From IMG/VR virus record IMGVR_UViG_3300025115_000007, positions 2,708-66,707 of that record: DNA of 64,000 nt; one strand, 5' to 3'. Of this stretch, positions 17,937 to 26,219 are shown piece by piece. The notes under the pieces are model-generated. The model made no database searches, was not told the origin of the DNA, and saw only the letters and a list, made by a program, of their open reading frames with translations. The position numbers were made by a program, and so were the translations under genes. Position 1 is the first letter of the stretch; the number at the start of each line of letters is the position of its first letter. This DNA is from a virus.

Positions 17937-19379
17937 ATGATACAAGGTACAGTACAGTGTCCGGCCAGTTATTTCCGCAAAATGGCAAGCCTGGATTACA
18001 CAAGCTGGAAAACTGCTTTACCGAGGGAATTTTTCCAGAACAGTATTGATGCAAGGGCCAAGACCATACATGTCACCTTTGATGGTAACACCGTGACCGT
18101 GGTGGATGATGGTACCGGAATGACCCTGGACGTCATCCAAAATAAGCTGCTGGTGCTTGGCGCCTCCGGAAAAGATGCTGGCGGAGCTGTCGGCGCCTTT
18201 GGTAAGGCCAAGGAGCTACTGTACTTCTCATGGCCACAGTGGTCAATCAAGACAGGCGACTTATTGGTAGAAGGATCGGGTCCGGAATATACAATCAACC
18301 GAACCTCTAGCTACACTATCGGCACTGTATCCAAGATCACCATTGACGATGATTCCATTGGCGCTATGTCCTCATATTTCTATGAGGTGGCTCAGAAGAT
18401 GGACACAAGGACCAAAATTTATATCAATGGAGACCTTGTGGAATCAAAAAGCCGGAAGGGCCGACACATAAAGTCGTTACCATTTGGTGAACTGTACCTC
18501 AATAAGTCTATCAATTCAAGCTACATGGAGGTCAAAGTCCAGGGTATCTGGATGTTCAGTCATTACCTCGGGACAAGCTGTGGCCAGTTCGTCCTGGAGT
18601 TATCTAAGTCATCTATTGACTGTTTGACGTCCAATCGGGATGACTTGAAATGGGAATACAGGTCCCAGCTCATGGCCTTTGTTCGGGATGTGATTGCCAA
18701 TGAAAAGACCGTGACCACTTCAAAGAAAGATATGGTGGAAAGGGTCATAACCGGCGCTGGCAAGGTACGTGTTAGACCTGAAATGATGTATGAGGTGTTT
18801 CATAATCTCAATACAACCACCGCTAAGATAAACTTTGAGGCTGCCTTGACCAAGCTTGGCTATAATGCTGAAATACTCAAGCTTCGCCTTGGGAACGAGC
18901 ACCAAATAGACCAGGAAAGGTGGTCGTTCATTGGCTACAAGCCGGACTTTGAGCTGATGTATACAAAGCGCCAGGCCAATGCGGTCCGCCGGTTCATGAA
19001 ACAGCGAAAGGCGCTAACCTTGGCTAACGTGTGGACAGAGATATGCAAGCAGGTCATCTTGGACAATAGTTCCGGCTACATGGAGTTCACTGCTGGGTTT
19101 ACGTTTGACAAGGATACCGCGGCGTGCTTGAAGAAGGAAGGAAGCAACGTCTCCATCCATATTAACCCCACCTTGATTGGTAAAGAAGGTGGCTGGGATA
19201 AGAAGGTGTTGTCCAATCGGTTCCTTCTGGCCGAGGAGCTTCGGGACAAGGCGATCCATGAGGTGGCCCATATCAAATATAGTGACCATAACGAAAACTT
19301 TGTGGCCGCTATGCATGTGATCCGGGCCAAGACGGCCTTGAATTTCAAAGTGTATGAGAAGATAGGGAGGATGAGATGA
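17937..19379 (+). CDS. GHKL ATPase with C-terminal HExxH motif
   Basis: RE..QNSIDA, DDGTGM, G.FG; AIHEVAH. Confidence 0.8.
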   Translation: MIQGTVQCPASYFRKMASLDYTSWKTALPREFFQNSIDARAKTIHVTFDGNTVTVVDDGTGMTLDVIQNKLLVLGASGKDAGGAVGAFGKAKELLYFSWPQWSIKTGDLLVEGSGPEYTINRTSSYTIGTVSKITIDDDSIGAMSSYFYEVAQKMDTRTKIYINGDLVESKSRKGRHIKSLPFGELYLNKSINSSYMEVKVQGIWMFSHYLGTSCGQFVLELSKSSIDCLTSNRDDLKWEYRSQLMAFVRDVIANEKTVTTSKKDMVERVITGAGKVRVRPEMMYEVFHNLNTTTAKINFEAALTKLGYNAEILKLRLGNEHQIDQERWSFIGYKPDFELMYTKRQANAVRRFMKQRKALTLANVWTEICKQVILDNSSGYMEFTAGFTFDKDTAACLKKEGSNVSIHINPTLIGKEGGWDKKVLSNRFLLAEELRDKAIHEVAHIKYSDHNENFVAAMHVIRAKTALNFKVYEKIGRMR

Positions 19380-19561
19380 AAGCTTTAATAGCTGTAATCA
19401 TATGGGTATTGATAAATGTATGGGTTGATATATACATACTCTTTACAATGGTGAACTACCGAGAGTGGTACGCTCTACCTTTGATTATCACCATGGCGGT
19501 GGTGGCTTGGGTATCTACCGCTGCTATCGGTACATATGTGGATAAGAGGTGGCCATCATGA
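19376..19561 (+). CDS. small two-TM membrane protein
   Basis: hydrophobic, overlapping start/stop. Confidence 0.5.
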   Translation: MKALIAVIIWVLINVWVDIYILFTMVNYREWYALPLIITMAVVAWVSTAAIGTYVDKRWPS

Positions 19562-19953
19562 GAAAGGAACTCCAAGATACACTGGTTAAAGACTTCCCGG
19601 CTCTATACGGCCAGATCGGCCTACCACCTAGCCAGACTTGCATGTGCTGGGGATTTGAATGTGGATCAGGCTGGTTCGACATTATATACAACCTGAGCCA
19701 AAAGATCACCGAGCTGGATCCTGAGTGCCAGGCCGTCCAGGTCAAGGAGAAGTTCGGCGGCCTAAGGTTCTATATCAATGGTACCAGGTCTGACATGGTG
19801 TATCCTCTCATTAGTAACGCGGAGGATGAGTCCTATAACACATGTGAGAGCTGTGGAACCAAGGAGAATGTTAGCCAGAATGAGTATGGGTGGATACATA
19901 CTCTGTGTGATACTTGTCGGACTAAGATAAGAGCTGGAGGTAAGATGGAATAG
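19549..19953 (+). CDS. conserved hypothetical phage protein
   Basis: GFECG.GW, QVKEKFGGLRFY, CE.CG, TLC..C. Confidence 0.8.
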   Translation: MAIMRKELQDTLVKDFPALYGQIGLPPSQTCMCWGFECGSGWFDIIYNLSQKITELDPECQAVQVKEKFGGLRFYINGTRSDMVYPLISNAEDESYNTCESCGTKENVSQNEYGWIHTLCDTCRTKIRAGGKME

Positions 19954-19955
19954 AT

Positions 19956-20204
19956 ATGGATGGTGAACTAAGTGAGATGAAATTGAGTAACGCACTATCA
20001 TTACAAGTTCAACGGCTACGGGAAGAGAATAATCATCTCCGGCGATTACTGTGGATAAGACATGGCTGTACCACACTGTATGGTGATGATGGCGAAATGC
20101 AATGCTCCACCTGCCAAATAGATTTCCTCCGAGACAAACCACAAGACATTGAGAAGTGGTGGTTTGATATGGCTATGGATCAATTCCTAAAGGATCACAG
20201 ATGA
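19956..20204 (+). CDS. hypothetical protein
   Basis: LYGDDGEMQC..C..DF. Confidence 0.6.
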   Translation: MDGELSEMKLSNALSLQVQRLREENNHLRRLLWIRHGCTTLYGDDGEMQCSTCQIDFLRDKPQDIEKWWFDMAMDQFLKDHR

Positions 20205-20800
20205 AAGAACATGAAATGATAGATCATATGTTCGCCCTTCAAGAGGAGCTGAACATCAGGATCAAGGGGCCCCATTGGCGCGATTTGAACCTGGACTGGT
20301 TGAGGGCGGTCTGGGTGGAATGCGGGGAGGCCATGGGATATATGAATTGGAAGTGGTGGGCCAATAAACCCATGGACCTATTGAACCTCCAAATTGAGTT
20401 GGTGGATATTTTCCACTTTGGCATGAGCTGGTACCTACAGCGGAACATAACACCACATATCAATGATTGCGCCTGGCCTGGAAAAACGGATGTGGAAGTC
20501 CTGGAATTCATTGCTTCACAGGCCATTACCAGGTGTGGATTTCCCATCGACACATTCTTAATGTTATGTGAGCGCATGGGTATGGATGTACCTGACCTGT
20601 ATAAACTGTACATTGGCAAGCAGGTCCTGAATAGGTTCCGCCAGGACCATGGATACAAGAAAGGTACCTACCAGAAAATTTGGACCATTGAGACCTGTAA
20701 AGATGAGGACAATGTTCATATGTATCAGTTGGTTAAAGAGCTACCTGTGAAACATATGAACCTGCTTTATGACAAGCTGGATAAAATGTATCATGGGTGA
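20201..20800 (+). CDS. dut: dimeric (all-alpha) dUTPase
   Basis: E..E....WKWW....ELVD.FHF....K..LN.FRQDHGYK.G.Y.K.W....EDN. Confidence 0.9.
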   Translation: MKEHEMIDHMFALQEELNIRIKGPHWRDLNLDWLRAVWVECGEAMGYMNWKWWANKPMDLLNLQIELVDIFHFGMSWYLQRNITPHINDCAWPGKTDVEVLEFIASQAITRCGFPIDTFLMLCERMGMDVPDLYKLYIGKQVLNRFRQDHGYKKGTYQKIWTIETCKDEDNVHMYQLVKELPVKHMNLLYDKLDKMYHG

Positions 20801-20837
20801 AAATAAAGCTTGACAAATGACATGAGATGTGATATAA

Positions 20838-22044
20838 CTGACGTATCCACTTGATTAGGTGGACTCTTTTTTATTGGCTGCGCCCCAGCCAACATTCAGC
20901 TTGGTCAATGCAAAGGTCACTATGTTGCTAGCTGCCAGGATATCCCTGTCATGGGTTGCATCACAGGCGGAGCAGGTCCATAATCTATCCCCTAATTCCA
21001 ATTCTTGGTTCACTAACCCACAGACACAGGTCTTGGAGGAAGCATCAAATCGGCCGATGGTAATCACTTGTTTACCGGCTTCCTTGGTCTTATATTCCAG
21101 TATTTGCCGAAAAGTGTACCAGGATGTATCCCCTATTGACCTGGACATATAGGTCTGACCATTCTGCATCATTGACCTAATGGAGAGGTCCTCAATGGCA
21201 AACGAGCCGTGGCCTTGGTTCTCAACCAGGCTGTTTACCAGCTTATGTAGGAAGTCCTTTCTTCTGTTATTGACCTTTTTATATATCCGAGCCACTTTGG
21301 TTCTTTGTTTATTGTAGTTCTTACTGGCCTTAGTCCTCCGACTAAGGTTCTGTTGAGCCACCGCCAGGTGTTTGAGTGATTTGGCTAAGTTCCTTGGATT
21401 GTCTATTTTGGTACCGTTAGAAAGGGTTGCATAGTGGGTAAGGCCTAGGTCAATACCTACCATGGTTTCACTGGAAACCGGTTTTGGTTCTGGTTCAACC
21501 AATCCATTTTCATATAGGATGCAGGCGTAGTATTTACCAGTGGAAGACCTTGATATGGTTGCATTCCGAAGGTCATAATGTTCCTGGAATTTGAACCGGT
21601 CCTTGAACCGAACCTTACCCAATTTTGGCAGGGTAAGAGTTTTACCAACCACATCAATACTCTGTGGACATCGAAAGGTCCGTTTAGCTTGCTTTTTGGA
21701 TTTGAACTTGGGGAAACCATTGTTCTTCCGGAAGAAATGGCTAAAGGCTGATTCCAGGTCAACCAACACCTGCTGGAGACATTGGGCATTGACTTCCTTA
21801 AGCCATTCCTTTTCCTTCTTATGTTCAGTGAGCATTGAGGAAATAGTAACCCGACTTAACCCCCTTTTATGTTCGGTGTAGTAGGCTATCTTCTTCTCCA
21901 AGGCCCAATTATAGATGTATCGGCAACAATCAAATGTATGGTCAAGTGAACTGGCCTGTGTTTTGGTCGGATATAACCTTATCTTTATCGCTCGGAGCAT
22001 AACCTATCCAAAATAGTAAATTTGTGTAGACACTCCTATTTATA
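20838..22044 (-). mobile_element. solo tnpB (IS1341-like) element 1
   Basis: tnpB without tnpA; 3' hairpins GGCTG/CAGCC and TCCAC/GTGGA ending TACGTCAG; left end not resolved. Confidence 0.65.
20855..22000 (-). CDS. tnpB: TnpB RNA-guided nuclease
   Basis: K.RLYPT, GIDLG, IEDL, SSKTC..CG, DRD..AA.NI; RuvC D/E/D intact. Confidence 0.95.
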   Translation of the reverse strand: MLRAIKIRLYPTKTQASSLDHTFDCCRYIYNWALEKKIAYYTEHKRGLSRVTISSMLTEHKKEKEWLKEVNAQCLQQVLVDLESAFSHFFRKNNGFPKFKSKKQAKRTFRCPQSIDVVGKTLTLPKLGKVRFKDRFKFQEHYDLRNATISRSSTGKYYACILYENGLVEPEPKPVSSETMVGIDLGLTHYATLSNGTKIDNPRNLAKSLKHLAVAQQNLSRRTKASKNYNKQRTKVARIYKKVNNRRKDFLHKLVNSLVENQGHGSFAIEDLSIRSMMQNGQTYMSRSIGDTSWYTFRQILEYKTKEAGKQVITIGRFDASSKTCVCGLVNQELELGDRLWTCSACDATHDRDILAASNIVTFALTKLNVGWGAANKKEST

Positions 22045-22097
22045 AGAGACTGATGCTTCCGGAGACACTTTTAGCTAAAATAGTGAAAATATTTTTG

Positions 22098-22138
22098 TAT
22101 AAATAAAGGTTGACAGATTTATTGCAATATGCTACAAT
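22098..22138 (+). promoter_or_regulatory. tandem late (TATAAATA) and sigma70 promoters for tmRNA/tRNA operon
   Basis: TATAAATA 22098-22105; TTGACA-17-TACAAT 22110-22138. Confidence 0.75.
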
Positions 22139-22214
22139 TAGCTAAAATGAAGGAGACAGTATATGAGCGCAGGAGGCATCCATGACATAAATTAACCTTA
22201 GGGGGTGATATGTT

Positions 22215-22379
22215 ATGAGTAAAGCAGCCAGTGGTGGCGGCAAAAAAATTGGCCGTCACAAAACACATTGTGCTCAGTACCGAGCCTCTGGACGACGGGA
22301 GAAGAACAAAGCCCGTGTGGCCCGTAAGATTGCAAAGATGCTGGCCAAAAAAAGCAAAAAGAAAGGGGGCGTGAATTAG
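22215..22379 (+). CDS. small basic protein (54 aa)
   Basis: MSKAASGGGKKIGRHKTHCAQYRASGRREKNKARVARKIAKMLAKKSKKKGGVN; RBS GGGGTGA; not in ORF track. Confidence 0.6.
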   Translation: MSKAASGGGKKIGRHKTHCAQYRASGRREKNKARVARKIAKMLAKKSKKKGGVN

Positions 22380-22725
22380 TTTCGACGGAGATAACTGAAA
22401 TTACAGGTGCATGTCGAGGTGTCTACTAGGCCTCGTAAAACCAGTAGAAAACCATAATCGCAGATAACTACGATTACGCTTACGCTGCCTAGACGGCGTA
22501 CATCATTATCGAGACTTTCTTACCGGGCTCTTTAATGGTGTCATTAAGGTAAGATAGCTTTAGTACCAGACCTTAGTGGGACTAAGGCGAAACAACATAA
22601 GGATGTTACTGGAAAATCTTAGCCTTTGAGAGTTTCCAGGTAACGAGAACAAAGCAAAGGAGAAGCATGTGGAAACTGTAATGACGTATTTACGGACGCC
22701 GGGGCAGAACCGGCCACGTCCACCA
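22367..22725 (+). ncRNA. ssrA: tmRNA, tag ADNYDYAYAA
   Basis: acceptor GGGCGTG/CACGTCC with G3-U70, ACCA end, TTCGAC 5' motif, tag frame 22460-22492. Confidence 0.93.
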
Positions 22726-22736
22726 AGGAAAGGAAT

Positions 22737-22811
22737 ATGATTATGAGAACGAACCTCACTACATTGCAACGCTATAACTGCCTGCCCACGTTTGGGAGAT
22801 GGAGGATATAG
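22737..22811 (+). CDS. putative attenuator leader peptide MIMRTNLTTLQRYNCLPTFGRWRI
   Basis: RBS AAGGAAAGGA, stop inside antiterminator strand. Confidence 0.75.
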   Translation: MIMRTNLTTLQRYNCLPTFGRWRI

Positions 22812-22837
22812 AGGTTCGTTCACAATCAGGTACATGG

Positions 22838-22877
22838 AACCCCTAAGTCCTCCAACGAGGCTTAGGGGTTTTGTTTT
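22838..22877 (+). terminator. intrinsic terminator of attenuator
   Basis: AACCCCTAAGT/GCTTAGGGGTT stem plus TTTTGTTTT. Confidence 0.85.
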
Positions 22878-22964
22878 GGCTGAGTGGCGTAATTTGGCAG
22901 ATGCGCTCGCCTCAAGAGCGAGTGGCCTATGGCCGTGAGAGTTCGAGTCTCTCCTCAGCTACCA
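22878..22964 (+). tRNA. tRNA-Leu(CAA)
   Basis: type II cloverleaf, CCA. Confidence 0.92.
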
Positions 22965-22973
22965 GGATAACAT

Positions 22974-23059
22974 GGGAGACTGGCGTAACTGGCAGCCGCG
23001 CTGGTCTTAGGAACCAGTGGTTTAGCACCGTCAGGGTTCAACTCCCTGGTCTCCCACCA
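22974..23059 (+). tRNA. tRNA-Leu(TAG)
   Basis: type II cloverleaf, CCA. Confidence 0.92.
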
Positions 23060-23068
23060 AAAATAAAT

Positions 23069-23153
23069 GGAAGTGTTGAGCAGGTGGTGGGCTCCGCTGA
23101 CTGTAAATCAGCCGTCTATGACCGTCATGGTTCGATTCCATGCACTTCCACCA
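23069..23153 (+). tRNA. tRNA-Tyr(GTA)
   Basis: loop CT-GTA-AA, variable arm, CCA. Confidence 0.9.
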
Positions 23154-23160
23154 AACATAA

Positions 23161-23250
23161 GAGGTGAGTTCTCCGTGGCCGGCTGCAACCCGGCTGTCAT
23201 AAAATAAGCGGAGTGGCCGACGAGTGGTCCAAATCCACCTCATCTCTCCA
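23161..23250 (+). tRNA. non-canonical tRNA-Cys(GCA), 8/4 fold, no D-arm
   Basis: 8-bp acceptor, 4-bp T stem, U73-CCA, GCCGG-CTGCAAC-CCGGC. Confidence 0.6.
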
Positions 23251-23258
23251 GAACATAA

Positions 23259-23333
23259 TGCGTTGTGGCCGAAAGGACAGGCACCATACTGTTAATATGG
23301 GATAAGCAGGATCGTTACCTGCCAACGCAGCCA
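23259..23333 (+). tRNA. tRNA-Asn(GTT)
   Basis: loop CT-GTT-AA, G73, CCA. Confidence 0.88.
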
Positions 23334-23343
23334 ATAAGCATAT

Positions 23344-23417
23344 CGGAAATTGGTGTAGGGGTTGCATCCGTGGCCTGGGACCATGTGGAGATTGTTCGAC
23401 TCAATCATTTCCGACCA
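23344..23417 (+). tRNA. tRNA-Pro(TGG)
   Basis: C1-G72, loop CC-TGG-GA, CCA. Confidence 0.8.
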
Positions 23418-23422
23418 GATAC

Positions 23423-23498
23423 GCCGTGTGAGCAAGTCCAGTGATTGCGCCGGTCTGAAGAACCGGATAACTCCGTGCAACTCGGAAACACGGCACCA
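23423..23498 (+). tRNA. tRNA-Phe(GAA)
   Basis: loop CT-GAA-GA, CCA. Confidence 0.85.
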
Positions 23499-23503
23499 GA
23501 TAT

Positions 23504-23581
23504 GGGCCTGTAGTTCAAATGGATGAACGTCCGGCTACGGACCGGAATGATATGTGGGTTCGAGTCCCATCGGGCCTTCCA
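23504..23581 (+). tRNA. tRNA-Arg(ACG)
   Basis: loop CT-ACG-GA, CCA. Confidence 0.88.
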
Positions 23582-23583
23582 TT

Positions 23584-23659
23584 GCCAGGGTAGTTTAACC
23601 GGTAAAACACGGTCCCCGTAAGACCGGTGATGAAAGTTCAAACCTTTCTCCTGGCTCCA
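23584..23659 (+). tRNA. tRNA-Thr(CGT)
   Basis: loop CC-CGT-AA, CCA. Confidence 0.82.
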
Positions 23660-23660
23660 A

Positions 23661-23737
23661 GCTGGCGTAGCTCAAGTAGGTAGAGCAAGGCCCCTGTAAG
23701 GCCGAGGTTGGGGGATCATGGCCCTCCGCCAGCTCCA
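23661..23737 (+). tRNA. tRNA-Thr(TGT)
   Basis: loop CC-TGT-AA, CCA. Confidence 0.8.
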
Positions 23738-23745
23738 GAACACAC

Positions 23746-23819
23746 GCTCTGTTAGTTCAGTGGTAGAACGCATCCTTGGTAAGGATGAAACGCTGGCTCG
23801 CTTCCAGCACGGAGCTCCA
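23746..23819 (+). tRNA. tRNA-Thr(GGT)
   Basis: loop TT-GGT-AA, CCA. Confidence 0.85.
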
Positions 23820-23825
23820 GTATAT

Positions 23826-23899
23826 TTAGGCGTAGGAGAATTGGTAAATCCGCCGGACTTTGAATCCGGAGACTGCTGGTTCGAGACCAGCCGCCTAAG
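23826..23899 (+). tRNA. tRNA-Gln(TTG)
   Basis: loop CT-TTG-AA, G73, CCA not encoded. Confidence 0.88.
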
Positions 23900-24018
23900 C
23901 ATGTTTCACATATGACACATCCCATATTGAATATGGTCATATGTTTCATATATAGAACATGACGTTTACAACAGTCTCAGGACACTGTAAATAGGTAAAA
24001 CTGTGTTAGGAGACTGTT

Positions 24019-24558
24019 ATGGCAAACGGAAAGGCAAAAGGTTCGTCCTGGGAGAGGGACATCGCCAGGTTATTCACCAAATGGATCACAGGGGTAGAGA
24101 AGCCCTACCTGTTCTGGCGCTCCCCGGCGAGCGGGGGACTCGGGACCATCAAAACCGCGGAAAATGTGTCTGGGGACATTATAGCCATTAAGCCGGAAGG
24201 TGAGTTCCTGACCAGGTTGTTTTCCATTGAGGCCAAGACCGGCTATCCCCATGCCTGTCTATTCAAGCACCTCCGGCCTGTAAAAAATGATGAGGTGGAA
24301 CAGTTCTGGAATCAATGTATTACAGGAGCCCGTGAGGACAATAAGTCCGGTATGCTCATCTTCAAGAAGAAAGGTAACCAGCCAATCATCGGGATTGAAC
24401 GTTCTGTATATGATCAATTGGTGGACTTAACCAGAGAGATGCCTAAGTGCATTTTGCTCAATTATACCAATGGCTTACCTGACCTGGTGCTCATGGACCT
24501 GGCTGAATTCCTGGTCAAGGTCACACCGGACATCATAAAGCGCCTAACCATCTACTGA
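24019..24558 (+). CDS. Holliday junction resolvase-like nuclease
   Basis: K.KGSSWER..A....RSP.SGG....GDI....IE.K....W.Q. Confidence 0.8.
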   Translation: MANGKAKGSSWERDIARLFTKWITGVEKPYLFWRSPASGGLGTIKTAENVSGDIIAIKPEGEFLTRLFSIEAKTGYPHACLFKHLRPVKNDEVEQFWNQCITGAREDNKSGMLIFKKKGNQPIIGIERSVYDQLVDLTREMPKCILLNYTNGLPDLVLMDLAEFLVKVTPDIIKRLTIY

Positions 24559-25759
24559 CGTATCACCCTTAGGTGGACTCTTTTTTATTGGCTGCGCCCC
24601 AGCCATTAGCTAGTTTGGTCAATGCGAAGGTCACTATATTCCGAGCTGCCAGTGTATCCCGGTCATGGGTTGTACCACAGGCAGAACAGGTCCATACCCT
24701 ATCCCCTAACCCCAACTCCTGGTTAACCACCCCACAGGTACAGGTCTTGGAGGAAGCATCAAACCGGCCCATGGTAACCACCTGCTTGCCGGCTTCTTTG
24801 GCCTTATATTCCAATATTTGACGGAATGTATACCAGGAAGCATCCCCTATTGCCCTAGACATATGGGTTTGACCTTTTTGCATCAACGTCTTAATGGAGA
24901 GGTCCTCTATGGCGAAGCTGCCGTAGTCTTGGTTCTCGACCAGGTTGTTCACCAGCTTGTGTAGGAAGTCCTTCCTCCGATTATTGACCTTTTCATATAT
25001 CCGAGCTACTTTAGCCCGTTGCTTATTGTAGTTCTTACTGGCCTTAGTCCTCCGGCTAAGGTTTTGTTGGGCCTTAGCTAGGTAATCAAGCGACTTTGCC
25101 AAGTTCCTTGGATTGTCTATTTTGGTGCTGTTAGAAAGGGTTGCATAGTGGATAAGGCCTAGGTCAATACCTATCATGGTTTCACTGGAAACCGGTTTTG
25201 GGGCTGGTTCAATCAACCCATTCTCATATAAAATGGAGGCATAATATTTACCGGCCGATCTTGATACTGTTGCGTTCCGGAGGTCATAATGATCCTGGAA
25301 TTTGAACCGGTCCTTGAATTTAACCTTACCAAGTTTTGGTAGTGTGAGAGTTTTACCTTCCACTCTAATCCTACTCACTATCCGGTAACTGTTTTTACAC
25401 GACCTCTTGGACTTGAACTTGGGAAATTTGTTGTTCTTCCGAAAGAAGTGGCTAAAAGCCGATTCGAGGTCGATAATGGCCTGTTGAAGGGCTATATTAC
25501 TAACCTCACCGAGCCATTCCTTCTCTTTCTTATGTTTGGTAAGCAGAGCGGAAATAGCTACCCAACCTAGACCCTTCTTGTGATCGGTATAATAGGCTAT
25601 CTTTTTCTCCAGAGCCCAGTTATAGACATACCGGCAGCATCCAAAATGCTTATCCATCAGTTCGGCCTGGTCTTTAGTTGGATATAACCTTACCTTTATA
25701 GCACGGAGCATAGTGTACCACCCTGTTGACGTAAAACTAAACTTCTACATCTATTTATA
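24555..25759 (-). mobile_element. solo tnpB element 2
   Basis: same 3' end motif as element 1 (..GATACGTCAG), overlapping resolvase stop; late promoter 25752-25759. Confidence 0.65.
24569..25711 (-). CDS. tnpB: TnpB RNA-guided nuclease
   Basis: close paralog of 20855..22000, catalytic residues intact. Confidence 0.95.
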   Translation of the reverse strand: MLRAIKVRLYPTKDQAELMDKHFGCCRYVYNWALEKKIAYYTDHKKGLGWVAISALLTKHKKEKEWLGEVSNIALQQAIIDLESAFSHFFRKNNKFPKFKSKRSCKNSYRIVSRIRVEGKTLTLPKLGKVKFKDRFKFQDHYDLRNATVSRSAGKYYASILYENGLIEPAPKPVSSETMIGIDLGLIHYATLSNSTKIDNPRNLAKSLDYLAKAQQNLSRRTKASKNYNKQRAKVARIYEKVNNRRKDFLHKLVNNLVENQDYGSFAIEDLSIKTLMQKGQTHMSRAIGDASWYTFRQILEYKAKEAGKQVVTMGRFDASSKTCTCGVVNQELGLGDRVWTCSACGTTHDRDTLAARNIVTFALTKLANGWGAANKKEST

Positions 25760-25934
25760 TGAGTGTACCAGGAGAGTAAAAATGATGTATCCTAATATAG
25801 GACATATGAGCCGGATTTGATTAGACGCAAGCCCATAATCTCATTACCAATCTTTTTGCTTGACATGGTCTGTGTTATGTGATACAATGCCTTTGAAACT
25901 GAGGGTACATGTATTGGCGTAAGGAGGTGTTACC

Positions 25935-26129
25935 ATGTTAGTCAAATTCGTAGGTTGTTTACCTGACCAGAAAAGGTTTGGGGCCAATACAGGTGATCCA
26001 AGTAAGCTGGTTATAGGCCAGGTGTACAAGGTTGAACTGGAAGACGTTCACGCTTGGCACACCAAATATTGGCTGGCGGATCATATCGGATCGTTCAATT
26101 CTGTATGTTTTGAGGACGTTAAGGGGTGA
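25935..26129 (+). CDS. conserved hypothetical phage protein
   Basis: VH.WHTK..L....G.FNSVCFE; early promoter and RBS. Confidence 0.7.
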   Translation: MLVKFVGCLPDQKRFGANTGDPSKLVIGQVYKVELEDVHAWHTKYWLADHIGSFNSVCFEDVKG

Positions 26130-26219
26130 TATATGCGAGTTATGGCGGAACAGGCTGATCTGGTTGACATTGTTACGAAACTGACGCCGTTGGCGGTCAT
26201 AAAGGGTTAGGAGGCCCAT

